The notes under the pieces were generated by a model, which was not told the origin of the DNA, made no database searches, and saw nothing but the letters and a program-made list of their open reading frames with translations. From Chiloscyllium plagiosum (Eukaryota), in assembly GCF_004010195.1 (NCBI RefSeq), contig NC_057716.1:6344899-6408898 (forward strand): DNA of 64,000 bases, written 5' to 3'. The position numbers were made by a program, and so were the translations under genes. Positions within the stretch are counted from its first letter, which is position 1; each line of letters begins with the position of its first letter. This document shows, one piece after another, positions 12,804 through 24,940 of the stretch.

Positions 12804-14618
12804 TCAATACGTAAAGATTCTCAAATCTGGTGGCATTGGAATTTATGTGGGGGTAAATTATGTTGGTTCTTCAGGCATCCCATAATATAAACAATTATAT
12901 GTTATCCACATCTATTACAAACTATTATTTTGTAATAGGTACCTTCACAACACATCAAAGTCTGATGGAGAATTTGAAATCAAATGAGAATCTGCATTTG
13001 ATTATTGTTGTATGCATGTCTCCTCATCAGATGAGACATTATGCTCAGGTAGATGTGAAAGATCTCATGATACTGTTGAAAAAACTGCTGGCCAATATTG
13101 AATTATCAATTAGCATGAAAATTGATCAATTAGTCTTTCTCATTGCCATTTGTGAGAATTTGCAATGCAAATGAGCTGCCACTTGTCGTACATTACACGA
13201 GCGACTATATTTCGAAGAAGTACTTTATTGGCCGTAAAGTGGTTGAAGACGTCCAGTAGGCAAGTGAAAAATGTTATAAAAATGCAAGTCTTCGATAATT
13301 TGCTGAGGAAGCAGTTTGGTTGTAGTCTACTTGCTTTATTTTCTTGAATGATGGATACTGTATAAGCAAGTAACTGCGGAATGAAAGGTGGGACCATTTT
13401 AAATGGACCGGCATCCCCACACTAATGGATCTCTCAAAAGAATGATTTATTTTGGACCGGCATGAAAGACTCTGCTATGATTTCAATATGCACAGAATTA
13501 TATTTTAAGCTATCATGTGGATGTCAAAGTCCACAATAAAGCTCTAATCATGATGATAACGGTAAAGACACATCCCTCCCTGATGCGCTCAATGCTCTAT
13601 ATGCTCAGTTTGAGCAGAATGACAGCGGCAACTGTCCCAATAGCCCTGGGTACACCTGTGTCTACTGTCACTGCTGCAGATATCATGGTTCTGATGTATA
13701 TCATGGTACATAGACTGATCAGTCTCCTGGAAGTCAACCAAAGGAAAGCAATTTGCCCAGACAGAGTCCCCAAATGATCACAGATCCTGTGCGGACCAAC
13801 TGGCAGAGATATTCATCGACACCTTCAACCTCTCCCTCCTACAAGCCAAAGATCCCCCCCCCGCTTCAAGAAGACCCCAGTACCTAAGAAAGCACATGCA
13901 ATGTGCCTTGATGATCACTGCCCAGTGACTCTGACCTGCATAATTATTAAGTGCATCAAGAGGCTGGTCATGTCCCACATCGACTCTAGTCTCCCATCCT
14001 GCCTCAATCCCCTACAATTTGCCTACCAATGTAACAGGTCCACAGCTGATGCCATTTCCTTAGCCCTGCACTCATCCTGGGAACACCTGGACAACAGGAA
14101 CACCTACATTCGACTCCTGCTCATTGTCTGCAGTTCGGCCTTCACACCATTATCCTCTCTAGACTGATCTCAAAACTCTGAGACCTTGGTCTCATTTCTG
14201 CCCTCTGCAACTGGATCCTCAATTTTCTGACCCACAAACTGAAATTAGTGAAGATAGATAACTACACCTCCTCCATGATAACACTCAACACTGGAGCTCC
14301 TCAAGGATGCATCCTCAGCCCTCTATTGTACTCCCTGTTCACCCATAACTGTATTGCCAAATTCTGAACGAAGGCCACATTTACTGACACCACTGTGGTA
14401 GGGCGGATATCTAACAACAATGTAAGAATACAAAAAGGAGATAGAGGGCTTGGTGACATAGTGCAATGAGAACAATCACTCTCTCAATGTTGCCAAAACT
14501 AAAGAACTGATCATTGACTTCAGAAAGAAAGGAGAAGAACATGCCTCCATCTAAATCAACAGAGCTGAGGTTGAGAGAGTGGAGAGTGTCAAGTTACTAG
14601 GAGTGACAATAACTGACA

Positions 14619-15554
14619 TTCTGGATTAGTGGTGGTGGAAGAGCACAGCAGTTCAGGCAGCATCCGAGGAGCAGTAAAATCGATGTTTCGGGCAAAAGCC
14701 CTTCATCAGGAATAAAGGCAGAGAGCCTGAAGCGTGGAAAGATAAGCTAGAGGAGGATGGGGGTGGGGAGAAAGTAGCATAGAGTACAATAGGTGAGTGN
14801 NNNNNNNNNNNNNNNNNNNNNNNNNNNNNNNNNNNNNNNNNNNNNNNNNNNNNNNNNNNNNNNNNNNNNNNNNNNNNNNNNNNNNNNNNNNNNNNNNNNN
14901 NNNNNNNNNNNNNNNNNNNNNNNNNNNNNNNNNNNNNNNNNNNNNNNNNNNNNNNNNNNNNNNNNNNNNNNNNNNNNNNNNNNNNNNNNNNNNNNNNNNN
15001 NNNNNNNNNNNNNNNNNNNNNNNNNNNNNNNNNNNNNNNNNNNNNNNNNNNNNNNNNNNNNNNNNNNNNNNNNNNNNNNNNNNNNNNNNNNNNNNNNNNN
15101 NNNNNNNNNNNNNNNNNNNNNNNNNNNNNNNNNNNNNNNNNNNNNNNNNNNNNNNNNNNNNNNNNNNNNNNNNNNNNNNNNNNNNNNNNNNNNNNNNNNN
15201 NNNNNNNNNNNNNNNNNNNNNNNNNNNNNNNNNNNNNNNNNNNNNNNNNNNNNNNNNNNNNNNNNNNNNNNNNNNNNNNNNNNNNNNNNNNNNNNNNNNN
15301 NNNNNNNNNNNNNNNNNNNNNNNNNNNNNNNNNNNNNNNNNNNNNNNNNNNNNNNNGGGCATCTTTAACCATGTGGGAAGGGAAATTGCGGTCTCTAAAG
15401 AAGGAGGCCATCTGGTGTGTTCTGTGGTGGAACTGGTCCTCCTGGGAGCAGATACGGCGGAGGTGGAGGAATTGGGAATACGGGATGGCATTTTTGCAAG
15501 AGGTAGGGTGGGAAGAGGTGTAATCCAGGTAGCTGTGGGAGTTGTTGGGTTTGT
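14619..15554 (-). mobile_element. Penelope-like retroelement nested in Rex1 (partly hidden by the gap)
   Basis: The minus frame near 15530-15357 encodes SYLDYTSSHPTSCKNAIPYSQFLHLRRICSQEDQFHHRTHQMASFFRDRNFP (PLE RT C-terminal region). A hammerhead core lies at 14682-14709, with an 11-bp TSD AATAACTGACA at 14608-14618 and 15555-15565. Confidence 0.88.
14800..15356. other. Assembly gap (557 N)
   Basis: Run of N. Confidence 1.
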
Positions 15555-16669
15555 AATAACTGACAACCTATCCTAGACTTCCCATGTAGATGCAACGGTC
15601 AAGAAGGCGCAACAACACCGCTACTTCCTCAGGCTGCTCAGGAAATTTGGCATGTCTATATGGACTCTCACCAACCTTTACAGATGATCCATTGAAAGTA
15701 TACTATCCGGGTGTATATGATCTGGTATGGCAATTACTCTGCCCAGGACTGTAAGGTTATATGCACAGCCCAGATCATCACGGAAGTCAACCTTCCATCT
15801 ACGGACTCCATTTACACAGCTGCCACCATCATCAAAGTCCCATTGCACCTCAGTAATGCTCTCCTCCAACCTCTTCCGTCAGACAGAAGATACAGAAGCT
15901 TGAACACATGCACCAGCAGGTTCAGGAACCGCTTTTTCCTGGCCATTCTTTGACTGATGAATGGACTTTCTAACTTCAAATGATGTTGATTTTTCTAAGG
16001 TCGATCTTGCCTAGTGCATGCCCTGTGCGATGTAACCTTTATGTCTTACTCTGTCCAAGTTTTCTTTCATCCTCTGATCTGTATGCTCTTGCTTACTATG
16101 ATCTGCCTGTACTGCTTGTAAACAGAACTTTTCACTATACTTAGGTACACGACAATAAATAAATCAAATCAAATTGTGAGTAATCTAAAGCAGTTCACTG
16201 TTTTGTACCATTGATGTACATCATGGACGCCTGTAAATTGGACTCCTTGAGTCTAACTACATTCCCAATTTATACTTGGACTCCTCTTGGATAGAATTGC
16301 TTAGAGAATCGTTTATTTGGGTTACATGCAACATCGCACCCTCTTGAACAACTGAATAGTCAAGAAAATAAAATACATTTCCAAAAGCACGGCACGCTTG
16401 TTTCCACAACTTGCTACTTTCGCCATGTTTGTTTATTTCGACAAGAATTCGACCTCTCACACGTTGAATCCGATTGTTAAATAAATTTGAAAAAAAAAAC
16501 TGTTTATTTCCCCCTCAGGGAATAGGCAAAGAATAATTGTTTGTACGGCAAATTCTATCTGATGTGTAATGGGGCAATAGTTTAATTCTGGCTATCTGAA
16601 CATTATGTTGGTCACATTTGCAGGGTATTTTTAAAAGCAGTTACCATATATGTCTAAGACATGTTAGTC

Positions 16670-17420
16670 TCGAGGTGAATCCGACCGCTGGCAGCGCCGC
16701 CGAATCCCGTGACAAACCTTTACATAACCTGACAGTGGAAACATTGTGACGTCGCTCGTCCCAGGTTGCCAGGCGACCATCCACCGCCCCCCCCCCGCCC
16801 CCCACCCCTTGCGGGAAGGCGGGCATCGCAGCCAATCAGGAAGCAGAGTCCAGAGGGGGCGTGGGAGCTATGAGGGAGGCGGATGAGGGCAGTGGGTGGA
16901 GCCGTCGGCTCGGGTGGGCGGGGTGTCCGCTGACGTCAGCGATCGGGCGGGGGCGGGTGCTGGGTGCCGGGTGGCCTTCACAAAGAGTGAAATGGCGAGG
17001 AGCGGTAGGCCTCTGCGGCGGGTACTTTGCGATGTTTTCGAATTTCCAGCCTATTTTGCCCGGGAAAGACAGTCCAAACACGTCGTCAGGTAACTCATTT
17101 GGCAGTGTTGGCTTGCGGCGTGGCCTTGTCAGTACGTACCAACCCTCCCGAGCTGCCGACCTTGGAAAGTTTTGGGGGAATCAGTTTCTGTTTTCGGTCC
17201 TAAAGGCCGGCGGCTCGCCTATTTCCGTTTGTCGGGGTGCGGATATAATTCAACGCTGACCGGGCGAAGCGACAGACGTCAATAATATTCAATGCAGTTT
17301 AAGATCGCAGTTGTAATGGATTTTGTGACCGGCGGTGGGCCTGGGCCAGCGCGACTTTTTAAATTGCAGCAACTAGTCAACATTCATATCGCTGGATTAC
17401 ACCGCCCGGATCTCTGGGTC
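16670..17420. promoter_or_regulatory. CpG-island promoter of COQ10B
   Basis: Very GC- and CpG-rich, with a CCAAT box (gccaatcag, 16831), a perfect CRE TGACGTCA (16931-16938) and GC boxes (about 16945-16958 and 16783-16800). Confidence 0.85.
16992..17089 (+). CDS. COQ10B: Coenzyme Q-binding protein COQ10 homolog B, exon 1 (presumed mitochondrial presequence MARSGRPLRR...)
   Basis: ATG in a good context (aaATGG) within the CpG island. The AG|gtaact donor is phase 2, matching exon 2, and the N-terminus is Arg-rich. Confidence 0.75.
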
Positions 17421-17844
17421 ATTAAACTGCAGGAAGATCTGCTCCATGTTCTAGATAATCCTCACTACTGTTTAAAAATTGCACAACGGGTGTTTAATTT
17501 CAGTTCATTAACTGAAGCAGTGAATCGAACAGCATGTGGGTAAATTCTGTTGACGGTGAAAATAAGTGACATACGTCATGAATATTTCAAAAGTTTTGAA
17601 TCTTTATCGCTGTCAAGGTTAACCGGTATTTATCCTTTCTCGGTAACTGACCGGGGGAGTCGAAATCTTCCTAATAATGATCGGTCCATTTCAAAACAAT
17701 GCTAGCTGCCATTTACAGTGGTTGCTTTAAATGTACTTTCATAACCAGCGCCATATGTTTCCTTCTGTTTGTTCCTGAAATATATTTCTAGTTCAAATTG
17801 AAGCATAATTGTTCCTTTCATCGTGATAATATTGTTTGACTTTT

Positions 17845-20300
17845 TTATTTACTCATGGGATGTGGGCATTGCTGACCCGGCCAACTTTGTTCATCTTGAG
17901 AAGGTGGTGGTGAACTGTTGCTGACCTTATGCTATAGGTAGACCCTCCAATGTAGTTAAGGAGTTCTGGGATTTTGACCATCAATGGCAAGTTGCATGGA
18001 GAGGAACTTGCAGGTGTGCTGTTCCCAAGTATCTGCTATCCTTGTCCTTTTAGATGCTAGTAGTCATGGATCTGGAATGTGCCTTCTGAGGAGCCTTGGT
18101 GAATTTCTGCAGTGCATTTATACACTACTGTCGCTGAGCATCAATGTGCAGAAAGTGAATGTTTCTGGATGTGATGCCAGTTAAGTGGGCTGCCTTGTCC
18201 AGGATCATGCCAAACTACTTATATTGGAGCTCTGCTCATATGGAGAAGTGGAGAGTATTCCATTACATTCTGACTCGGGACTTGCAGGTGGTAGACAGCA
18301 TTTGGGAATCAGGAATTCATTTACTCCGTAGGATTCCATGCCTCTGATCTGCTTTTGTAGCTACTGTATATGATTAGTCCAGTTCAGTTTCTTGTCAATG
18401 GTATCCCCTAGGATGTTGGAATTGGAAGATTCCTTGGTAGTAATGTAATTGAATGTCAAGGGATGGTGGTTGCATTCTCTCTTGTAGTGGTCATTGCCTG
18501 GCATTTAGAGTCAGAGTCCTAGAGATGTACAGCACGGAAACAGACTCTTCGGTCCAACTCGTCCATGCTGACCAGATATCCCAATCCAATCTAGTCCCAC
18601 TTTCTAGCACCTGGGCCATATCCCTCCAAACTCTTCCTTCCTATTCATATACCCATCCAGATGCCTTTTAAATGTTACAATTGTACTAGCCTCCACCACT
18701 TCCTCTGGCAGCTCATTCCATACACTCTCTCCCCTCTGTGTGGAAAAAGTTGCCCATTAGGTCTCTTTTATATCTTTCCCCCCTTACCCTAAACCTTTGC
18801 CCTCTAGTTCTGGACTCTCCCACCCCAGGGAAAGGACCTTGTCTATTTACCCTATCCATGCCCCTCATGATTTTATAAACCTCTATAAGGTCACCCCTCA
18901 GCCTCTGACCCTCCTGAGAAAACAGCCCTAGCCTATTCAACCTCCCCCCTTTGCTTTAACCCTCTGACCTTGGCAACATCCTTGTAAATCTTTTCTGAAC
19001 CCTTTCAAGTTTCCCAACATCTTTCTGATCGGAAGGAAACCAGAATTGCACGCAACATTCCAACAGTGGGAATAATTGTTCATTTTTGCCTTTCAGCCGA
19101 AGTCAGTGTATTGTCTGGGTTTTGATGCATTTGGACTTAGACTGTTAGCTGAGGATTTGCGCATGGTGCTGAACATTTGTGCAATTGTTGCAGAACATCC
19201 CCACTTATGATGTGATTTGAATCAGCTAAGGATGTACAATACTACCCTGAAGAATGGGACTGTTGTAATGCAGTGGTAGTGTCCCTCCCTCTGGACCAAG
19301 TGAACTGAATTTCTCACCTGCTCCAGAGGTGTACAATAACATTTCTGAACAGGTGAATTAGCAAATATTTTGCCTGATGAACTCTTGCAAAGATTCCTTC
19401 AGAGGAGCGAACTTCCTCCAGCAACCACAACCATCTTGTTTTATGCCAAGTATGACTCCAACTAGTGGAGAGTTTTCCTTCAATTCTCATTGACTGAGGG
19501 TTTGCTGCGGCTCTTTGATCCACTCAGTCAAATGCAGCCTTGATATCGAGGGCAGTCACTCTCTTCACCTTTTTGGAATTCAACTCTTTGGTCCATATTT
19601 GAACCAAGACTATCATGAGGTCATAAGCTGAGTGTTTGATGGAACTCAAACTGTTTGAGCAAGTTATTGATGAGCAGGTGCTGCTTGATAGCACTTTGGT
19701 TCATTTTACTGATGAGTGAAAATAGACTGTTAGTATCATAATTGGCTGAGTTGCCTTTGCCCTGCTTTTTGTGTACAGGACAAACCTGGGCAATTTTCTA
19801 GATGATTAGGTAGATGCCAGCGTTACTGGAAAGCTTGGCTAGGCTGTGTGGCAAGGTCTGGAACATATTTTCAGTATGGCGGAAATGTCAGGGATCCATC
19901 CAATATCCAGTGCCTCCACCTCTCTCTCGATTTCATGTGGAGTGAATCAAATTTACTGAAAACTGGCATCTGTCGTATTGGGATCTCTGGAAGAGGCTGA
20001 GATTGGTCATCAAATCTGCAGTTCTGGCTGAATATGGGTTGCAAATATCTCAACTTTAGTCTCCTGGCTTTCCCATCATTGAGGATGGAAATTATTCTGG
20101 AACTGCCTCCTTTCAATTAATTGTCCACTACCATTCACAATTAGATGTGGCAAGACTTCAAAACTTAGATCTGATCTGTTGGTTGAGGAATTGTTTAGCT
20201 CTGTCTATCTTTTGCTGTTTGGTATGCAAATAGTCCTGTTTTGTAGTTTTACCAGGTTGACAATATGCCTGGTTCTGTTCTTGGCATGTCCTCCTGCACC
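17845..20300 (-). mobile_element. Decayed CR1/L2-clade LINE with a nested CR1 3' fragment (about 18505-19068) and a short SINE (about 19255-19365)
   Basis: Its tail tttatttactcatgggatgtgggcattgct matches the family at 55580 and 62030-62750. The nested piece encodes RLRGDLIEVYKIMRGMDRV..TRGQRFRVRG. Confidence 0.75.
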
Positions 20301-20594
20301 CTTACATTAATTTAATATTGTCGCTTGTACTTATGTACACTGAAAAATGGATAATGTTTCCATATTCCAGTGCCCCTTTGGATTGCAGAATAAATTATTG
20401 AATAAACTATAAATGGTAAAATACTGAATAAATCAATATTAAACTGATATTACTAAAACAGTTTCTAAAGTTAGGCTTTCCCTCTCCATACACTTTGCCC
20501 TCTTTGCTACACCAATCACATGAACATGTGAAAATTAATCAAGGCATTGAAGGCATTTAAACTGTGGTTCACAAAGCACAGGTGATGGATAAAC

Positions 20595-20832
20595 AGGAGA
20601 TCTAAGGGGCAACCTTTTCACTCATAGGGTGGTACGTGTAAGGAATGAGCTGCCAGAGGAAATGGTGGAGGATGGTACAATTGCAACATTCAAAAGACAT
20701 TTGGATGGGTATATGAATAGGAAGGGTTTGGAGGGATATGGGCCAGGTGTGACTAGATTGGGTTGGGATATCTGGTCAGCATGGATGGGTTGGACCAAAG
20801 GCTCTGTTTCCGTGCTGTACATCTCTATGACT
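20595..20832 (+). mobile_element. CR1 3' end
   Basis: It encodes RNELPEEMVEDGTIATFKRHLDGYM followed by the 3' UTR. Confidence 0.85.
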
Positions 20833-22553
20833 TGTTAAGAGGATACAAGCTATGCAGTTTTTGATGTACGTATGTTCATGGAAGGTAGGATGCTTGTTGG
20901 CAAAGAATTTAGAGGTCAGAAAACCTGGATGAAAATTTCAACATCAGGTGGACTGACAAAGGAGGGGTGAGCACATGGGGCTGGTGGTTCAGTATCCTAC
21001 ACATCACAGATTCTGAGCTTGAGACAATGGCTCAGGAGGGATGGCTGGGAAATTTAGATCTGGTTCTAAAGGCAGTGGCTTTGGTCTCCTTGACATTTAA
21101 GAGGAAGAAGTTTCTGCTTCTGTGGGACTGAATATCAGACGAAAGTCTGGTAAAAGTCAAGCAAAATGACAGAAGCAATATTGGACGTTGTAAGAATATG
21201 TTTGGAACCTGATGCAATGAGGTTATTCTGTAATATTGTAACCGGGAGTAATTTTTTACTTTGTATCACATAAGTAATATTACAGCTGACAAGTTACATG
21301 TTCTTAATTTGAAAGGAAAACTTTCCTAATATGATATCTTAAATAATTTCCATGCTTTTGAAAAATTTTCTCACATCCTTTGGAACTTCGCACTACCAAA
21401 TTGGAAAGCACTTTTGTTCTTACATCTCACAGCATTATGATTTCTATTGCTTTACTAATAATACCACCCTTCTGTTCTGTTTAAAGAATTGACTCCTTTT
21501 ATTTGTTCTGGATTGTATTTCTGTATTACAAAGGATGAGACGTCAGAGGGAGGGTTGTATCTGACTTTCTGTGGTGGGAATGTTCTGCAAGGTGATCAGT
21601 TGGTGACTCAGAGACAAATAATAACCTGATGCATGTTGTATTTGGTAAACAAACATACTATTGAAATAAAAGGAGAATCGTCAGCTTGTTGGGCAGCACC
21701 TTATTGGGGAGACGATTCTAGTTTGAGGTAGATGGCCTTCTGTGAAATTAGAAACACTTGAGAGCTATAATAATAATTAAGCAAGTAACAAGGCAGGGAA
21801 GTGTGGAGTGGTGGAAGAATGAGAGGATGTTTAATATGCACAGTGGGAGAGCTTAATAATCAAGGGGGTGGTGGTACAAGGCAAAAGAAAATAGATCTTG
21901 AACTATAATCGTGAATACAGTTTGCTTAATTGAAAGTACATTTGCTTCTTTGCCTGGAAGGAGTGCTTGGTGTGCTGGAAAGATAGGAGATATAAGGATA
22001 GGTGTTGCATCCTGTCCATAGGAAGATACTGCAAGAAGGGGAGGTTTTTAAGGCAATTGGGTGGAGCAGGAGAAAACTATCTCTTCGGATTACTGAAGAG
22101 AATTGGAAGGAAAGTGTTTGATGGCATTGGCAAAAATGATTGAAGATGATCCTTTTTAGATTGTGAAGAAGTTGAAGGGGTGGCCCAATAATTGTTCTAG
22201 GGGAATGAGTGAAAACACAAGTTTGAGGAATGGAATGGGCATGGTCAAAGGTTCTGTGAATGCTGAAAGATCATTGACCTGAAACAATATCTTTTGTTCT
22301 TAGTATACATAGTCCTTTAGTAATACAGAACTTGTGTTATTGAAGTTTTTTTTAGCTTGTGTTCATCAGGACGAATATAAATGCAAAATTTCAAAAGGCA
22401 TGACAAGTTCTCTTACACTGTTCTCAGCACCTAATCTTTTCATTAGATGCTTTGTAACTTTTTGGAATTCACATTTAATACTACAATTTCAGCATGTCAA
22501 TAGATGTTTTTTTTTCAAATTACAAATGTTTGTGGTGGTTCTGTAAATTCCAT

Positions 22554-22714
22554 ATACTGTGTGATCTTGATTATCCGAAATTTGGATAATCTGCAAGATC
22601 ACAAGGTCCTGATGCTTGGCTAATCTGTTATTCGGCATTTGATTTTTCCGAACATTTGATTATCTGAACAAACCACTCCCCGTCCGTGTTGCTCAAATAA
22701 TCGAGGTTCCTCTA
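22554..22714. mobile_element. pogo/Tigger-like MITE
   Basis: Imperfect terminal inverted repeats (..atcttgattatccg / aataatcgaggttcctct) are flanked by TA, with internal (g)attatccg-like repeats. Confidence 0.6.
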
Positions 22715-23908
22715 TATACCTCTTCTTGACTTTTTTTTTCTTTATTGCCTCTAACCATACTTGTTTACTTTTACACCATTTATCCTTTTAATCACTTGAT
22801 TTACTTCCTCTGTGATACGTGCCTTCCCTTTTTATTCTTCCTGCCCCATTCTATTTCTTTGTACAGTTGTCACATGATTGACCTGAATATTTCCAGCACT
22901 GTTTATAATTTCAGGCTTCCAACATTTGTTTTCTTTTGTATAATTGTTAATGTTGCTTCAGTTTGTCACTTATGGATCTGGCCTGTTGGAAATTAATATG
23001 ATCTGGTTGCAATTCTCATTTGCAGCTGTGCTTTCTTCTGATATATATTTGGGGCAAGACACTGATCTACAAATTTATAGTATCCCTTTTGAGAAATTGC
23101 TCAAAAGAAGCAATAGAGTTATGAAAGTAAACTTTTTTTTTTGTGGAGTGAGTGGTTAAAATCTGGAATGCACAGCCTGCAAAATGATGATAGGTTCCAC
23201 TGAGTTCAAGAAGGAATTCAATTACATGAAAAGGAACAATGTGCAAGGTTACAAGGAATGATACTTAAGTGGATTTCACACTTGGAGAAATGTCTCACTC
23301 ATGCTGGGACAAATGATTGTGATTCTATTTCAGAATAGGAAACAAAAGTATCACTTAATAATGTTTCATGTGCTTCATATTTTTTAATCTTTAGGATTAA
23401 TTTATCAAACCATAGGAGGATGTTTGCAGAAGAACCTGGAGTAAGGACTGGGGAGGACATTGAGTCTACAATAGGCAAAATATCCATAAACTTTGAATTA
23501 TTTTAAAGGAATAGTTGCATTTGAACATTTTCTTCAACATCCTGTACAATTAATGCTTTTAATTCAAAGGGTACTTGCATCCTATCTGAGACATTGTGAT
23601 TTGAAGAGATTTTTGCAGTGGAATCCATCAGAAGAACAAAATCCTCTTGGCAATGAATACTGTTTTAATAGATATCAATTGGGAATTGGAAAGCTGTGTT
23701 TTTGTGTTGTCTTCATTCTTTCATAACCTGAAGAATGGAGGCAAATTTTTGGCATTTAGCCAGTTGGCATCCTCCTGCAATCTTCTTCCAGCAGACTGAA
23801 GCTTGAACTTCAGGCTTCGCTGGTATTTATGGCTCAGTCCCATGTTTCACGACAATGTTTTTGCATTTTATTTTCCCCTCTGTAACATCATTACTTTTCC
23901 ATCTTATA

Positions 23909-24068
23909 GGAGAAAGTGAGGACTGCAGATGCTGGAGATCAGAGCTGAAAAATGTGTTGCTGGAAAAGCGTAGCAGGTCAGGCAGCATCCAAGGAGCATC
24001 CTTCAGGGCTTATGCCCGAAACATCGATTCTCCTGCACCTTGGATGCTGCCTGACCTGCTGCGCTTTC
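23909..24068. mobile_element. Inverted-repeat Penelope-derived element in COQ10B intron 1
   Basis: TSD CCATCTTATA at 23899-23908 and 24069-24078; agcaggtcaggcagcatccaag is present in both orientations. Confidence 0.85.
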
Positions 24069-24517
24069 CCATCTTATACAAAATCAGCTGAATGTTGATC
24101 CAGTCAGAAAAAAAGATCCAATTTTAGCTGGCTTGATGAGCAGTTGAGTTTGGCAGACAACTGGTACTCTATTCATGTCTCAGTACTTTCAGCATACCAC
24201 TGTCAGCTGAATCATGTCAGATGCATTGGCTTTGGAACGGAGTTAAAGTCCACGATTTACCCACCAAAGAAACCAATTTGTGAAATAATTTTCTGTCTAT
24301 TGGAGGCAGTGGTAAAGATTTGAATTTATTTTTGTTCAATTTCAAATCACTTTGAATCTAGATGGATCTAGAATGAAATAGGTAAAATGGTTAAATGTGG
24401 AGGAAGGAAATTAAGAGTTGTCACTGTTATAATGAACAAACTACTAAATGCAAATGATTTATGTACAACAGAATACAGCTTTAATGTCATTTTAATAACT
24501 AATATTTCCAATAACAG

Positions 24518-24664
24518 GTATCTGTCATCTTGTGGCATTCTAATGAACAGAACTCCATTACTCAAGACACCAAGACATTGCCTGATTCAACAAACAAATT
24601 TTTTCAATCTTGCTGGGCCACTAATAAACAAGAAGAAAGAGTATTCTGAGAGAAGAGTAATGGG
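24518..24664 (+). CDS. COQ10B: COQ10B exon 2 (R/YLSSCGILMNRT...LINKKKEYSERRVMG)
   Basis: cag|G acceptor, GG|gttcgt donor, 147 nt; the KxKEYSERR motif is typical of COQ10. Confidence 0.92.
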
Positions 24665-24747
24665 GTTCGTGGTTTTTGTTATCTAAGATTTATTTTGTCT
24701 CTTGTATGTCAGTTTTGATAGTAAATTTGAATCTTAATTTGTTTTAG

Positions 24748-24940
24748 GTTTTCAATGCTGGAAATGTACAATGTAGTGTCTGGTGTAGCTGACTACAAAC
24801 ATTTTGTACCATGGTGCAAGAAATCGGACATCATATCTAAACGCTCAGGGTATGCTAAAGCTCAGCTAGAAATAGGATTTCCACCGATAGTTGAACGGTA
24901 CACTTCAGTTGTGACTTTGGTGCGACCACATTTAGTTAAG
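24748..24940 (+). CDS. COQ10B: COQ10B exon 3 ([53 protein letters not shown])
   Basis: START/polyketide-cyclase-fold signature; tag|G and AAG|gtaatg; 193 nt, restoring phase 0. Confidence 0.96.

Larger units (their letters stand above)
13571..16173 (+). mobile_element. Rex1/Babar-type LINE (5'-truncated, decayed RT), interrupted by a Penelope insertion
   Basis: ORF fragments read DHCPVTLTCIIIKCIKRLV..LNPLQFAYQCNRSTADAISLALH..LDNRNTYIRLL and WYGNYSAQD...LPSDRRYRSL..TSRFRNRFF. The tail is aataaataaatcaaatcaaa. Confidence 0.88.

Noticed and set aside
14653-15576. Longest ORFs in the supplied track (191-286 aa)
   Set aside because: They are artefacts of translating through the N gap.
22904-22920. 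17-mer TATAATTTCAGGCTTCC identical to the COQ10B exon 4 acceptor (28413-28429)
   Set aside because: Similarity does not extend and the site sits in a decayed repeat. One AT-rich 17-mer match in 64 kb is plausible by chance.
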